From an uncultured Ignavibacteriales bacterium (GTDB lineage Bacteria > Bacteroidota > Ignavibacteria > Tepidaquicellales > OLB5), in assembly GCA_964461265.1 (NCBI GenBank), contig CAYWTS010000001.1, forward strand, positions 2,199 to 66,198: a stretch of DNA of 64,000 nucleotides, read 5' to 3'. Positions 28,673 through 38,151 of this stretch are shown in pieces. A program made the translations under genes and the position numbers. The notes beneath the pieces were generated by a model. That model worked only from the letters and a program-made list of their open reading frames with translations, did not search any database and was not told the origin of the DNA. Positions within the stretch are counted from its first letter, which is position 1. Each line of letters starts with the position of its first letter.

Positions 28673-29368
28673 GTGCGAAGATTGGGCAGGCAGATTGCCT
28701 ATTATCTGGCAGATGAAGGATATAAACTTGCCTTAATTTATCATTCCAGTACATTAAATGAGATAAAAAAAACAAAGACAGAACTTAACAAAAGAAAATG
28801 TGAGTATAAGTTATATAAATGTGATTTAAGAGATTTAGAAAAACTAAAAAGCACAATTCAAAAAATTGGCAGAGAGTTTAAACAAATTGATTTAGTAGTT
28901 AATAATGCCGGGATAATAAAGAAATCAGAATTGGAAAATATTTCAGAAGAAGATTTTGATGATGCAATCGATATCAATTTACGTTCCCAGTTGTTTACTT
29001 CAATATATTGTCTCAAATACTTACAAAAATCATCAGATTCTGTTATTATAAATATTGCTTCACTGGGAGGATTGCAGAATTGGACTGGATATATACCATA
29101 TTGCATCTCGAAATCAGGTGTTATAAAGCTTACACAACTTCTTGCAAAAAAATTGTCACCCGGAATCAGAGTTAATGCTATAGCTCCCGGTACAATCATA
29201 ATAAAGGATGAAAAAGCCGGGACACCCTTTATACCCGATAGAAACAAAATTCCTTTACGAAAGTATGGAAAACCCGAAGATGTTATTGAAGCCATTAGGT
29301 TTATTTTAACTAACAAGTATATAACCGGACAGGTAATAAGTGTGGATGGTGGCAGAAGCATTAACTGA
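28673..29368 (+). CDS. Short-chain dehydrogenase/reductase (pteridine reductase/FolM-like). The real N-terminus probably lies upstream of the track start.
   Basis: YHSS, NNAGI and the YCISKSGV catalytic Y..K motif, then PGTI. The in-frame upstream sequence (28646-28672) encodes KKTAIITGG, which completes the TGG....G dinucleotide-binding motif, but no ATG/GTG/TTG is available there. Confidence 0.75.
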   Translation: MRRLGRQIAYYLADEGYKLALIYHSSTLNEIKKTKTELNKRKCEYKLYKCDLRDLEKLKSTIQKIGREFKQIDLVVNNAGIIKKSELENISEEDFDDAIDINLRSQLFTSIYCLKYLQKSSDSVIINIASLGGLQNWTGYIPYCISKSGVIKLTQLLAKKLSPGIRVNAIAPGTIIIKDEKAGTPFIPDRNKIPLRKYGKPEDVIEAIRFILTNKYITGQVISVDGGRSIN

Positions 29369-29438
29369 TATGGAAATTAAGAATTATCAAATCGCGAAAT
29401 AAATAAAGCAGATAAAAAATAACATTAGTTCATGCAGT

Positions 29439-30296
29439 TTGATGAAACAAAAAAACAATAAAGTAAAGCACGAAGTTACAAAAGCATATAAAAACGTTGA
29501 GTTCCTGTCGAGCAGGGATGCACGTATAATTAGAATCCTTTCGGAATTTCTTGAACCTGAAAGACGGTTCAGGCAGGAAAAAGTGAAAGATACGATTGTT
29601 TTTTTCGGTTCTGCAAGAATTAAGCCCCGTAAAGAAACATTCAAGACACTTGAGCATCTAAAGAGAATTAAAGCTTCAAACCGAGAAGTCGAGAATGCAG
29701 TAATGGATCTTGAAATGTCAAAATACTACGAAGATACAGTAGACCTTGCTTACAGGATTACTAAATGGTCGATGCGGCAGGTTCCTAAAAACCGTTTTGT
29801 AATTTGTTCGGGTGGGGGACCCGGTGTAATGGAAGCTGCTAATTATGGTGCTGTTAAAGCAGGAGGTAAATCTATTGGACTTAATATCAGCCTGCCAGCT
29901 GAGCAGGAACCCAACCCGCATATTAGTGATGAATTAAATTTCGAATTTCATTATTTTTTCATGCGTAAGTTCTGGTTTGCATACCTCGCTAAGGCATTGG
30001 TTATTATGCCTGGAGGATTTGGGACACTCGATGAATTATTTGAGATGTTAACACTGGTTCAGACTTTTAAGATCAGGAAAAAGATGCCTATCGTAGTATA
30101 TGATAAAAATTTCTGGGAAGATGTTTTAGACTTTAATGAAATGAGAAAAAAAGGCATGATAAGCGAGGAAGACTTAAAACTGTTCAGAGTTGTGTCAACG
30201 GTAGAGGAAGCCTATACTTTTTTAAGAAACGAACTTTCGAAAAATTATCTGGATATAAAAACAAGTTTATTTAATAAAAGAGCTACAAAGCTATGA
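29439..30296 (+). CDS. LOG-family / TIGR00730-type Rossmann-fold nucleotide-binding protein
   Basis: GGGPGVMEAAN and PGGFGTLDELFE are the LOG family signatures. TTG at 29439 or ATG at 29442 is the start. Confidence 0.8.
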   Translation: MMKQKNNKVKHEVTKAYKNVEFLSSRDARIIRILSEFLEPERRFRQEKVKDTIVFFGSARIKPRKETFKTLEHLKRIKASNREVENAVMDLEMSKYYEDTVDLAYRITKWSMRQVPKNRFVICSGGGPGVMEAANYGAVKAGGKSIGLNISLPAEQEPNPHISDELNFEFHYFFMRKFWFAYLAKALVIMPGGFGTLDELFEMLTLVQTFKIRKKMPIVVYDKNFWEDVLDFNEMRKKGMISEEDLKLFRVVSTVEEAYTFLRNELSKNYLDIKTSLFNKRATKL

Positions 30297-31171
30297 TAGT
30301 AAGCATGACTGGCTTCGGTAAATTGACCGGTAAGCTTAAAAAAAGACAGGTTACAATAGAAATCAGAAGCGTTAATGGAAAGTTTCTTGACATATCAACA
30401 CGTTTGCCACTGGCGTTCATAGATAAAGAGAATGAAATTAAAGAATTGGTTTCCAGCTCGATCAACAGGGGTAAGATTAGTCTTGTTGTAAGTTTAGATA
30501 AGGATTATGAAAATGGATTCCTTTTAAAAATTCAGCTCGAGAACATTAGGTCTTTATATAATTTACTTATACAGATAAGGGATGCTATCAATTCAAAGGA
30601 AGAAATTAAGTTGGAGCATTTACTTAATTTCTCTGAAATATTTACAACTGACCAGAACAGCGAATTGAGCGGTGAATGGGAAAATCTAAAAAAAATGATT
30701 TCACGTGCTGTTAATGACCTTTATAAAATGAAACTTGCTGAAGGCAAAGTTCTAGAAAAAGACATTTTGAAGAGATTAGTTGCTATAGAATCGAAATTAA
30801 ATAAAATAAATTTAATTTCCGGAAAAAATATTAAAGATTCCAAAGATAAACTTTCCAAAAAAGTTTATGATCAGCTTAACGGAAATTTACAAATAGATAA
30901 AAACAGGCTTGAGTATGAAATAATATTACTGGCAGATAAGCTCGATATAAGTGAAGAAATTGTTAGGGCTAAATCGCATGTTGATTATTTCAGGAAAAAC
31001 GTCAGGAGCAGGGAACTTTCGGGACGCAGGCTTGGCTTTCTGACACAGGAATTAAACAGAGAAATTAATACAATCGCATCTAAATCTAATAATTCAAAAA
31101 TATCGCAGTATGTTGTTGAAATGAAAGAAGAGCTTGAGAGAATCAGAGAACAATTGCAAAACGTGGAATAA
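30293..31171 (+). CDS. yicC: YicC-family protein
   Basis: MIVSMTGFGK...VTIEIRSVNGKFLDISTRLP at the N-terminus and LGFLTQELNREINTIASKS near the C-terminus. The start overlaps the upstream stop (ATGA). Confidence 0.88.
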   Translation: MIVSMTGFGKLTGKLKKRQVTIEIRSVNGKFLDISTRLPLAFIDKENEIKELVSSSINRGKISLVVSLDKDYENGFLLKIQLENIRSLYNLLIQIRDAINSKEEIKLEHLLNFSEIFTTDQNSELSGEWENLKKMISRAVNDLYKMKLAEGKVLEKDILKRLVAIESKLNKINLISGKNIKDSKDKLSKKVYDQLNGNLQIDKNRLEYEIILLADKLDISEEIVRAKSHVDYFRKNVRSRELSGRRLGFLTQELNREINTIASKSNNSKISQYVVEMKEELERIREQLQNVE

Positions 31172-31176
31172 TTGAA

Positions 31177-31752
31177 ATGCTGATAGTTGTTACAGCACCA
31201 AGCGGTGCGGGCAAAACTACAATAGTTAAAGAATTAATGAATCGGATAAATGATTTAAAGTTTTCTGTTTCAGCAACTACAAGGCATAAGAGAAATGGTG
31301 AGATTGACGGAAAGGACTATTACTTTATAAGCAAAGATGAATTTGAACAAAAAGTGAAACAAGGTGAATTTGTAGAATATGAAGAAGTTCATGGTAATTA
31401 TTACGGTACATTAAAAAAGGAAATCGAAAAATTTATTAATCTTGGCAAAGATGTTATTTTTGATGTTGATGTTAAGGGGGCATTATCTATAAAGAAAACT
31501 TTTTCGGAAGCGCTAACGTTTTTTATTTATGCACCGGAAGATGTGATAATCAGTAGACTGAAGAATCGTAAGACAGAGAGTGAACAGCAAATTAAAAAAC
31601 GTATAGAACGTATGAAATATGAATTAAATTTAAAAGATAAGTTCGATTATGGCATCAGTAATCTTGAAGGATTAAACGGTTTAAACAACGCAGTTAATGA
31701 AATTATTAAAATAATAAATAATAATAAAAAAAGGAGAAATAATGCCAATTAA
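31177..31752 (+). CDS. gmk: Guanylate kinase
   Basis: P-loop APSGAGKTT, SATTRHKRNGEIDGKDYYF and YGT. Confidence 0.9.
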   Translation: MLIVVTAPSGAGKTTIVKELMNRINDLKFSVSATTRHKRNGEIDGKDYYFISKDEFEQKVKQGEFVEYEEVHGNYYGTLKKEIEKFINLGKDVIFDVDVKGALSIKKTFSEALTFFIYAPEDVIISRLKNRKTESEQQIKKRIERMKYELNLKDKFDYGISNLEGLNGLNNAVNEIIKIINNNKKRRNNAN

Positions 31753-32050
31753 ACCATTGGAAATTGAAGATATTGAATCAAAAGCAGGCAATATCTATGA
31801 AGCTGTTGTAATAGCTGCAAAGCGGGCAAGGCAGATTAATGATGAAGAAAAGCTCGAATACAGCCAGAGGATTCAGCCTATTATAGAACAGGAAGTGGAA
31901 GATGAATCAGTAGTAAGCAAAGATAAACAGAATGTAAGCCTTGACTTTGAAGTAAGAAAAAAGAATACCGAACGCGGACTTGAAGAATTAATGTCAGAAA
32001 AGCTGGAGTTCAGACTACGGAGTGATGAAGTTGAAGAAGAAGAAGAGTAA
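31742..32050 (+). CDS. rpoZ: DNA-directed RNA polymerase subunit omega
   Basis: NIYEAVVIAAKRARQIN core. Position after gmk. Acidic C-terminal tail. Confidence 0.85.
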   Translation: MPIKPLEIEDIESKAGNIYEAVVIAAKRARQINDEEKLEYSQRIQPIIEQEVEDESVVSKDKQNVSLDFEVRKKNTERGLEELMSEKLEFRLRSDEVEEEEE

Positions 32051-32058
32051 ATTTAAAA

Positions 32059-33273
32059 ATGCCTCTCAAAGGTAAGAAAATACTGCTTGGTATAAGTGCA
32101 GGAATTGCTGCTTACAAATGCTGCGATCTGACCAGACTGTTTGTAAGAGCAGGTGCTGAAGTAAGGGTAGTTATGACACCCTCAGCTGTGAAGTTTGTTT
32201 CACCTATTACGCTTTCTGCACTTTCCGGGAATGAGGTTTTGATAAATATGTTTCCGGAAGGTAATATTGCGGAAAAGGAAAAAATTGATATTAAAACATG
32301 GCATATTTTTAACGGATTATGGGCAGATATATTTATAATTGCTCCTGCTACTGCCAACACAGTTGCAAAAATAACTTATGGACTATGTGATAATTTTTTA
32401 ACTTCGGTTGTTTTAGCTTCACGCTGCCCGGTAATAGTTTGTCCTTCGATGGATGAAGATATGTATAATAACAAAGCAACGGACTTTAACCTTGCAAAGC
32501 TAAAAGAAAGAGGGTATTATATAATTGAACCGGAAAGCGGTGAACTTGCCAGCGGACTCATAGGTAAAGGCCGTCTTCCGGAACCATCAAGTATTTATAC
32601 TTATGTTGCAGATTTTCTTCAAGGCATGAAGAAAGATTATAATGGTAAAAAGATACTTGTAACAGCCGGTCCTACTTATGAACCTATAGATGATGTAAGA
32701 TATATCGGTAATTATTCATCAGGTAAAATGGGTTTCCAGATAGCAAGGGCAGCTGCGCAGCGCGGAGCCGATGTAACGCTTATTTCAGGTCCTTCAAACC
32801 TTGAAACACCCGCAGGAGTTAAACGGCTTGATGTTATTACATCCGATGAAATGTTTGAAAAAGTTAAGGTATCTATGGCAAAGTGCGATTTTATTATTAT
32901 GTCTGCTGCAGTTTCAGATTATCAGCCAATAACCCGTTTTTCAGGAAAGCTTAAAAAAGATGAGCCTGAGTTCGAACTAAGATTAAAAAAAACAAATGAT
33001 ATTCTGGATTATCTTGGAAAAAATAAAACGAATTTTAAATTAATTGGCTTCGCTTTAGAAACTGTTAACGAGTCAGAGAATGCTAAAAAGAAACTTATTT
33101 CAAAGAACCTCGATTTGATTGTGTTGAATAATCCTAACGTGGAGGGGGCTGGGTTTGGCAGTGATACTAACGTTGTTACATTTATTGATAAAGAATTAAA
33201 TATTACCATTTTGGAGAAAATGCATAAAATTGCTATTGCTGAAAAACTTTTAGACAAAATATTAACCATTTAA
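32059..33273 (+). CDS. coaBC: Bifunctional phosphopantothenoylcysteine decarboxylase / phosphopantothenate-cysteine ligase
   Basis: N-terminal flavoprotein domain (KKILLGISAGIAAYK, APATANTVAK). C-terminal ligase domain (ILVTAGPTYEPIDDVRYIGNYSSGKMG, AAVSDY). Confidence 0.92.
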   Translation: MPLKGKKILLGISAGIAAYKCCDLTRLFVRAGAEVRVVMTPSAVKFVSPITLSALSGNEVLINMFPEGNIAEKEKIDIKTWHIFNGLWADIFIIAPATANTVAKITYGLCDNFLTSVVLASRCPVIVCPSMDEDMYNNKATDFNLAKLKERGYYIIEPESGELASGLIGKGRLPEPSSIYTYVADFLQGMKKDYNGKKILVTAGPTYEPIDDVRYIGNYSSGKMGFQIARAAAQRGADVTLISGPSNLETPAGVKRLDVITSDEMFEKVKVSMAKCDFIIMSAAVSDYQPITRFSGKLKKDEPEFELRLKKTNDILDYLGKNKTNFKLIGFALETVNESENAKKKLISKNLDLIVLNNPNVEGAGFGSDTNVVTFIDKELNITILEKMHKIAIAEKLLDKILTI

Positions 33274-33274
33274 A

Positions 33275-34075
33275 TTGCAGAATGAACTCGATGAAATATT
33301 AAAGAGTACAATAAATTATCTAGAAAATGTCCCGGTAAATCTCAGGATACAGCATTCATTTCCCGTGAAAAAAGAACCCGAATCAAAACCCGTTAAGAAA
33401 ACTCTTTCTTTGAATACTGATGAGCAAAAAGTGGTTTATAAGGACCGGGAAGAATTAAAACCCGATAAAATTGTTGATTTGTTTGGTAACGTTGTATACG
33501 AAAAAGAGAACTGGGAATATACTTCAAATATAGATGAATTATATTCATTAATTTGCACTTGCCAGAAATGCCGGCTTTGTTCGACCAGAACAAATTTCGT
33601 ATTTGGTGTGGGAAATCCAAATGCAGATGTTGTACTAATAGGTGAGGCTCCGGGAGCCGATGAAGATGCTAAAGGAGAACCTTTTGTAGGCCGTGCAGGA
33701 CAATTACTGAATAAAATTTTGAGTTCAATAGGATTTGAACGCGAGGAAGTATATATCTGCAATATACTTAAATGTAGGCCTCCCGGTAACAGGAACCCGA
33801 TGCCCGATGAGATTGAAAACTGTGAACCATATTTAAAGCAGCAGCTTAAAATACTTAAACCTAAGTTAATTTTATGTCTAGGTAAATTTGCTGCTGAAAC
33901 TCTCTTGAAAACTAAACTACCATTAAATAAGTTTAGGGGGAAAGTGCATTATTATAACGGTATCAAAACTATGGTAACCTTTCATCCTGCAGCTCTTTTG
34001 CGAAATCCCCAGTGGAAAAGACCTACATGGGAAGATATGCAGGCATTTAAAGAATTGTATGATGAATTGAAATAA
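33275..34075 (+). CDS. Uracil-DNA glycosylase, family 4
   Basis: CQKCRLCSTRTNFVFGVGNPNADVVLIGEAPGADEDAKGEPFVGRAGQLL and FHPAALLRNP. Family 4 UDG motifs follow an N-terminal extension of about 90 aa. Confidence 0.88.
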   Translation: MQNELDEILKSTINYLENVPVNLRIQHSFPVKKEPESKPVKKTLSLNTDEQKVVYKDREELKPDKIVDLFGNVVYEKENWEYTSNIDELYSLICTCQKCRLCSTRTNFVFGVGNPNADVVLIGEAPGADEDAKGEPFVGRAGQLLNKILSSIGFEREEVYICNILKCRPPGNRNPMPDEIENCEPYLKQQLKILKPKLILCLGKFAAETLLKTKLPLNKFRGKVHYYNGIKTMVTFHPAALLRNPQWKRPTWEDMQAFKELYDELK

Positions 34076-34089
34076 TAAAAACATAAACA

Positions 34090-35589
34090 TTGGCTCGTAA
34101 AAGAAATAATAACGGACTTAATAAAGATATTTTACTTAATGAAGATGAAGTTAATAAGTCATTAAGTGAAATTAGAGTTCCTCCTTATTCAAAAGAACTT
34201 GAATTAAATGTTTTAGGCGGAATGATAATAGATAATTCATTAATAGATATTGTAATGACTTATCTAAAACCGGAAGACTTTTATATAAATAAAAATCAGA
34301 TTATTTATAAGACAATTTGTGATTTAAAAAACTTAGGTGAACCAGTCGATTTGGTAATTTTAACTGAAGAATTGCGTATGAGAAATCTGCTGGATGAAGT
34401 TGGTGGACCAAGTTATTTAGTGGAAATAACAAATTATTACGTTTCATTAGAGAGTTTAAAAAGTGTTTGCGATAGAATTCTGGGATACTCAGTAAAAAGA
34501 GATTTAATTAAAATTTTGTATAAAATACAAGAACAATCATATGATCTTAACTCAGAAACTGAGAAAGTTTTAGATAACGCTCAACATGAAATATTAGATA
34601 TTACCAATTATCTTCAGAAGAAAAATTATATACATATTAGCAAAGAAGCTATGGATACGATGAAGTATGTAGAAAGTATACATGAAAAAACAATTAAAGA
34701 GGGTTCAACAATATTTGGTGTCCCTTCCGGATTCGAGCAACTAGACAAATATACAGGTGGTTTCCAAAATTCTGAACTTATAGTAATTGCTGGTAGACCA
34801 TCCCATGGTAAAACCGCATTTGCATTAAATATTGCTAGAAATGCTGCTTTAGATTACAATAAAAACATTGGTATTTTCTCTATAGAAATGTCAGTTCGTG
34901 AACTTGCGTTAAGATTTATATGTTTAGAAGCAAAAGTTGATATATCAGATTTAAAAACAGGTCGTTTAAAACCTAAAGAGTGGGGTACTATAGGGATTAG
35001 AACATCTAAATTAATGAATTATGGTTTAAATATAGTTATTGATGACTCATCACCATTAAGTTTAATAGAACTGAGAGCAAAAGCTCGAAGGATGAAAACA
35101 ATTGATAAAATTGATATGATTATTGTTGATTATTTACAACTGATGGATGTATCTCATTTAAAAAGATATGATAATCGCTATTTGGAAATTGGGATTATTA
35201 CGAGAAGTTTAAAACATTTAGCTAAAGAATTAGATATTCCTATATTGGCTCTTTCACAATTAAGTAGAAAGGTAGAAGATAGACCGACTAAGGAAAAAAG
35301 ACCACAATTAGCAGATTTAAGAGAATCGGGGTCGATAGAACAAGATGCTGATGTTGTTATATTTGTTAATAGGCCCGAACTATATTTAAGTAAAAGCCAA
35401 AAAGATGAAGAAGCTAAAAAACTGAATACAGATGAAAGATGTCTTTTGGGTTTAGCTGAAATAATTATTGGAAAACAAAGAAATGGACCTATTGGAGAGG
35501 TTGATTTAGCATTTATTAAAAATTACGCTGGATTTTCTAAAATAGCAAAAGAAACGCCATCTTATCACGCTCTTTCAGAACCATTTTAA
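34090..35589 (+). CDS. dnaB: Replicative DNA helicase DnaB
   Basis: TTG start. PPYSKELELNVLGGMI, Walker A GRPSHGKTAFALN, IVDYLQLM, LSQLSR and RESGSIEQDADVV. Confidence 0.92.
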   Translation: MARKRNNNGLNKDILLNEDEVNKSLSEIRVPPYSKELELNVLGGMIIDNSLIDIVMTYLKPEDFYINKNQIIYKTICDLKNLGEPVDLVILTEELRMRNLLDEVGGPSYLVEITNYYVSLESLKSVCDRILGYSVKRDLIKILYKIQEQSYDLNSETEKVLDNAQHEILDITNYLQKKNYIHISKEAMDTMKYVESIHEKTIKEGSTIFGVPSGFEQLDKYTGGFQNSELIVIAGRPSHGKTAFALNIARNAALDYNKNIGIFSIEMSVRELALRFICLEAKVDISDLKTGRLKPKEWGTIGIRTSKLMNYGLNIVIDDSSPLSLIELRAKARRMKTIDKIDMIIVDYLQLMDVSHLKRYDNRYLEIGIITRSLKHLAKELDIPILALSQLSRKVEDRPTKEKRPQLADLRESGSIEQDADVVIFVNRPELYLSKSQKDEEAKKLNTDERCLLGLAEIIIGKQRNGPIGEVDLAFIKNYAGFSKIAKETPSYHALSEPF

Positions 35590-35602
35590 GCTAATTTCTT
35601 AT

Positions 35603-36493
35603 TTGAATATGAAACGAAGAGATTTCTTTAAATCCTTAATGCTAACTGCCTTAATTATAGGCGGATTACCATCAAGATTAAAAGCATTAATTAGATGTTT
35701 TATATGGGATGATTATGATGAAGTGATTTATAAGAAAAAGTTGAAAATATTTACTGAGGCGAATCTCAAAGATTTCAAAATAGGGGATGCAATAGTGGAA
35801 ATTGGCAGGTCATTTTTAGGGACTGAGTACGTTGGAGGAACTCTTGATAAAGATATAGAAGAAAAGCTTGTTATTAACCTCCAGGGACTTGATTGTGTGA
35901 CTTTCGTTGAAAATTGCATTACTTTTGCAAGATGTCTTCAAAAATCAAAAACAACATTCGAAAATTTTAAAACGGAACTTGAATATATCCGTTATCGCAA
36001 CGGATATATAGATGGATATGCCAGCAGGCTGCATTATTTTACTGATTGGATATATGATAATGAGAATAAAGGTGTTGTAAAAGACATAACATATGATTTA
36101 GGAGGTATAAAATACAGTAAAACCATAAATTTCATGTCTACTCACCCTAAATCATATAAACAACTATCCGATAAATCAAATCTTTCCAGTATTATAGCGG
36201 TTGAGCATGACATAAATTCGCGTATATATTATTTTATACCCACAAAAAACATTTCAAAAGTATACGAACAGCTTCAAAACGGTGATATTGTAGCAACTAC
36301 AACAAGCATTTCAGGGTTAGATGTAACGCATACTGGTTATGTTATAAAAGGGGATGACGGAGGAACTTACTTTCTGCATGCCTCGCTGAAAAGCAAACAA
36401 GTAATTATTTCTTCTACACAGCTAGAGGATTATATTACAGAGGATAGTAAAAAAACGGGCATTATGGTCGCCAGGCCTCAGGAAATTACTTAA
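35603..36493 (+). CDS. Exported DUF1460-like protein (amidase-like fold family), unknown function
   Basis: Tat-like N-terminus MKRRDFFKSL (ATG at 35609). LQGLDCVTFVENCITFARC and YASRLHYFTDWIYDNENKG resemble DUF1460. Confidence 0.55.
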   Translation: MNMKRRDFFKSLMLTALIIGGLPSRLKALIRCFIWDDYDEVIYKKKLKIFTEANLKDFKIGDAIVEIGRSFLGTEYVGGTLDKDIEEKLVINLQGLDCVTFVENCITFARCLQKSKTTFENFKTELEYIRYRNGYIDGYASRLHYFTDWIYDNENKGVVKDITYDLGGIKYSKTINFMSTHPKSYKQLSDKSNLSSIIAVEHDINSRIYYFIPTKNISKVYEQLQNGDIVATTTSISGLDVTHTGYVIKGDDGGTYFLHASLKSKQVIISSTQLEDYITEDSKKTGIMVARPQEIT

Positions 36494-36990
36494 TTTTTAT
36501 TTCATTCAGGAAATCATTCATATTTTTTTTGCTTTTGATAATAACCACATTCCTTCCTTCACTGTATTTTTCAATTAAAGCAATCACAAGCGGCCTGTAT
36601 TTCTTTGGATAAATCCATATCCATTATATAAAATCCCAATCGAAACTTTCTTTACACCCTGGAGCCATATCAGCCCTGTGTTTTCCGTAATATTTAATTA
36701 ATCTTTTAAATATGTTGAAGTAACAAATAAAACGGGGTCTATCTATAAAAACAATTGTATCACATGCTTTCATTCTTAACTGCATAGTGATTTTATAATT
36801 ACCATCCAATATCCATTGTTTATTATTGATTAGCTCGGTATTGATTTTTGTAAATTCATCGATCGGGATACCCTGCCAGTTAGGATTGTAATAATAAACG
36901 TTGAGGTGATAGACCGGGATACCGAGGATTTTGCCCAGTTTTAAAAGAAATATATGTTTTGCCTGCTCCAACCGGTCCGATAACAATTAT
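36486..36990 (-). pseudogene. Decayed P-loop NTPase gene (adenylate-kinase-like 'topology modulation protein' family)
   Basis: The P-loop IVIGPVGAGKT lies in one frame with no canonical start (TAA AAA ATA ATT GTT..). The rest (FLLKLGKILGIPVYHLN...ILDGNY...VFIDRPRFICYFNIFKRLIKYYGKHRADMAPGCKESFDWDFI) is in another frame, entered near the TATAT run at 36951-36955. An in-frame TAA at 36624-36626 is followed by WIWIYPKKYRPLVIALIEKYSEGRNVVIIKSKKNMNDFL, running to the stop at 36486-36488. Confidence 0.75.
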
Positions 36991-36998
36991 TTTTTAAT

Positions 36999-37358
36999 TT
37001 AAAATCTTAAAACCACAGCGCAGGCATATCCTTTAGTATGTGATATGCTAACTTCGTATTTATCTTTAGAAAAACTATTAACTGCTGTGTGCCTGATATA
37101 AGGTTTACCCTTCTTATCATTTAGGATTTCAATGTCTTTCCATTTAAAATCACGCGATATACCGGTTCCTATTGCTTTACTATATGCTTCCTTAGAAGCG
37201 AATCTGCCTGCAAAATGCAATTCTGCATTTACAAATGATTTACAATAAGCTATTTCCGAATCGGTAAGAATACGTTTAAAGAACTTTTCTCCGTATTTTT
37301 CCATCATTTGTTTAATACGATCAACTTCAATTATGTCTATTCCAATTCCTTTATACAT
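36999..37358 (-). CDS. acpS: Holo-[acyl-carrier-protein] synthase
   Basis: MYKGIGIDIIEVDRI, FAGRFASKEAYSKA and ISISHTKGYACAVV. Confidence 0.9.
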   Translation of the reverse strand: MYKGIGIDIIEVDRIKQMMEKYGEKFFKRILTDSEIAYCKSFVNAELHFAGRFASKEAYSKAIGTGISRDFKWKDIEILNDKKGKPYIRHTAVNSFSKDKYEVSISHTKGYACAVVLRF

Positions 37359-37366
37359 TTAATGAT

Positions 37367-38047
37367 TTATTTGTTCTCTTTTTTAATTATCCCGATTAAT
37401 TCGGAAATATCCGTTAGCTCATAATCTGCACCGTGTTCTTTTGTATTAAAAGTATCTCCATAACGTGCAAATGCAGTTTTCATACCAACACTTTTTGCAC
37501 CTACTACATCACGTTCAGCCCAGTCTCCGATCATCAAGCTTTCTTCGGGCTTAACATATAATTTATCAAGTATCATGTTAAAAGGCACAGGAGAAGGTTT
37601 ACGCTCATTGCTGTCGTCAAGCGTTACCACTGCGTCAAAAGTATGGTGAAGTCCGATATAAACAAGTCTAAGCCAGGCTTCACGTGAAGGTGCATCGGAA
37701 ACTACTCCAAGCTTTATGCCCATTTTAGCCAATAAGTTCAATGTTGGAATAACTTTTGGATAAGTATTAAGTTCTGCTTCCCTGGCAACCCGGTATGCAA
37801 CAATACCTGATGCAAGGATCTTATTATTAATTTTACCCTGTAAAGAGGTCAGCAGATGGTCAAAAACCTGCTGGTACTCGATACCTTTTTCATCATAAAT
37901 TTCGTCAATTTTAGCTTTAATTGTCTTATATGGATAATTTAATCCTGCATCTATCATTGCCATAATAGCAGCATCAACAGCACGGGATTTCATCCTGACA
38001 AAATCAACAAGTGTGTTATCAAGGTCAAAAATAATGGCTTTTATCAT
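37367..38047 (-). CDS. HAD-superfamily hydrolase (subfamily IA, phosphatase-like)
   Basis: Motif I IIFDLDNTLVD, motif II VVSDA, K..P, and motif IV MIGDWAERDVVGA. Confidence 0.75.
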   Translation of the reverse strand: MIKAIIFDLDNTLVDFVRMKSRAVDAAIMAMIDAGLNYPYKTIKAKIDEIYDEKGIEYQQVFDHLLTSLQGKINNKILASGIVAYRVAREAELNTYPKVIPTLNLLAKMGIKLGVVSDAPSREAWLRLVYIGLHHTFDAVVTLDDSNERKPSPVPFNMILDKLYVKPEESLMIGDWAERDVVGAKSVGMKTAFARYGDTFNTKEHGADYELTDISELIGIIKKENK

Positions 38048-38151
38048 AATTTGTAAAATTAATTATTTAAATTCAGAATTTAAAGGTGAATATAAGTCAA
38101 TTTATATATAGAATTTACTCCTGTTAAAAAGTATATTGTCTTACAATTTTT

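Noticed and set aside
29387-29657. Two overlapping minus-strand ORFs (85 and 75 aa) at the 5' end of the LOG-family gene
   Set aside because: They are antisense to a well-supported gene start region, have hydrophobic low-complexity translations, and match no family.
34090-35589. dnaB looks more AT-rich than the flanking udg and coaBC genes, which might suggest xenologous replacement
   Set aside because: Spot counts on single 60-nt lines range from about 28% to 48% GC across clearly native genes. The sensor kinase, GT39 and DUF1460 genes are equally AT-rich. The difference cannot be supported without a proper windowed calculation.
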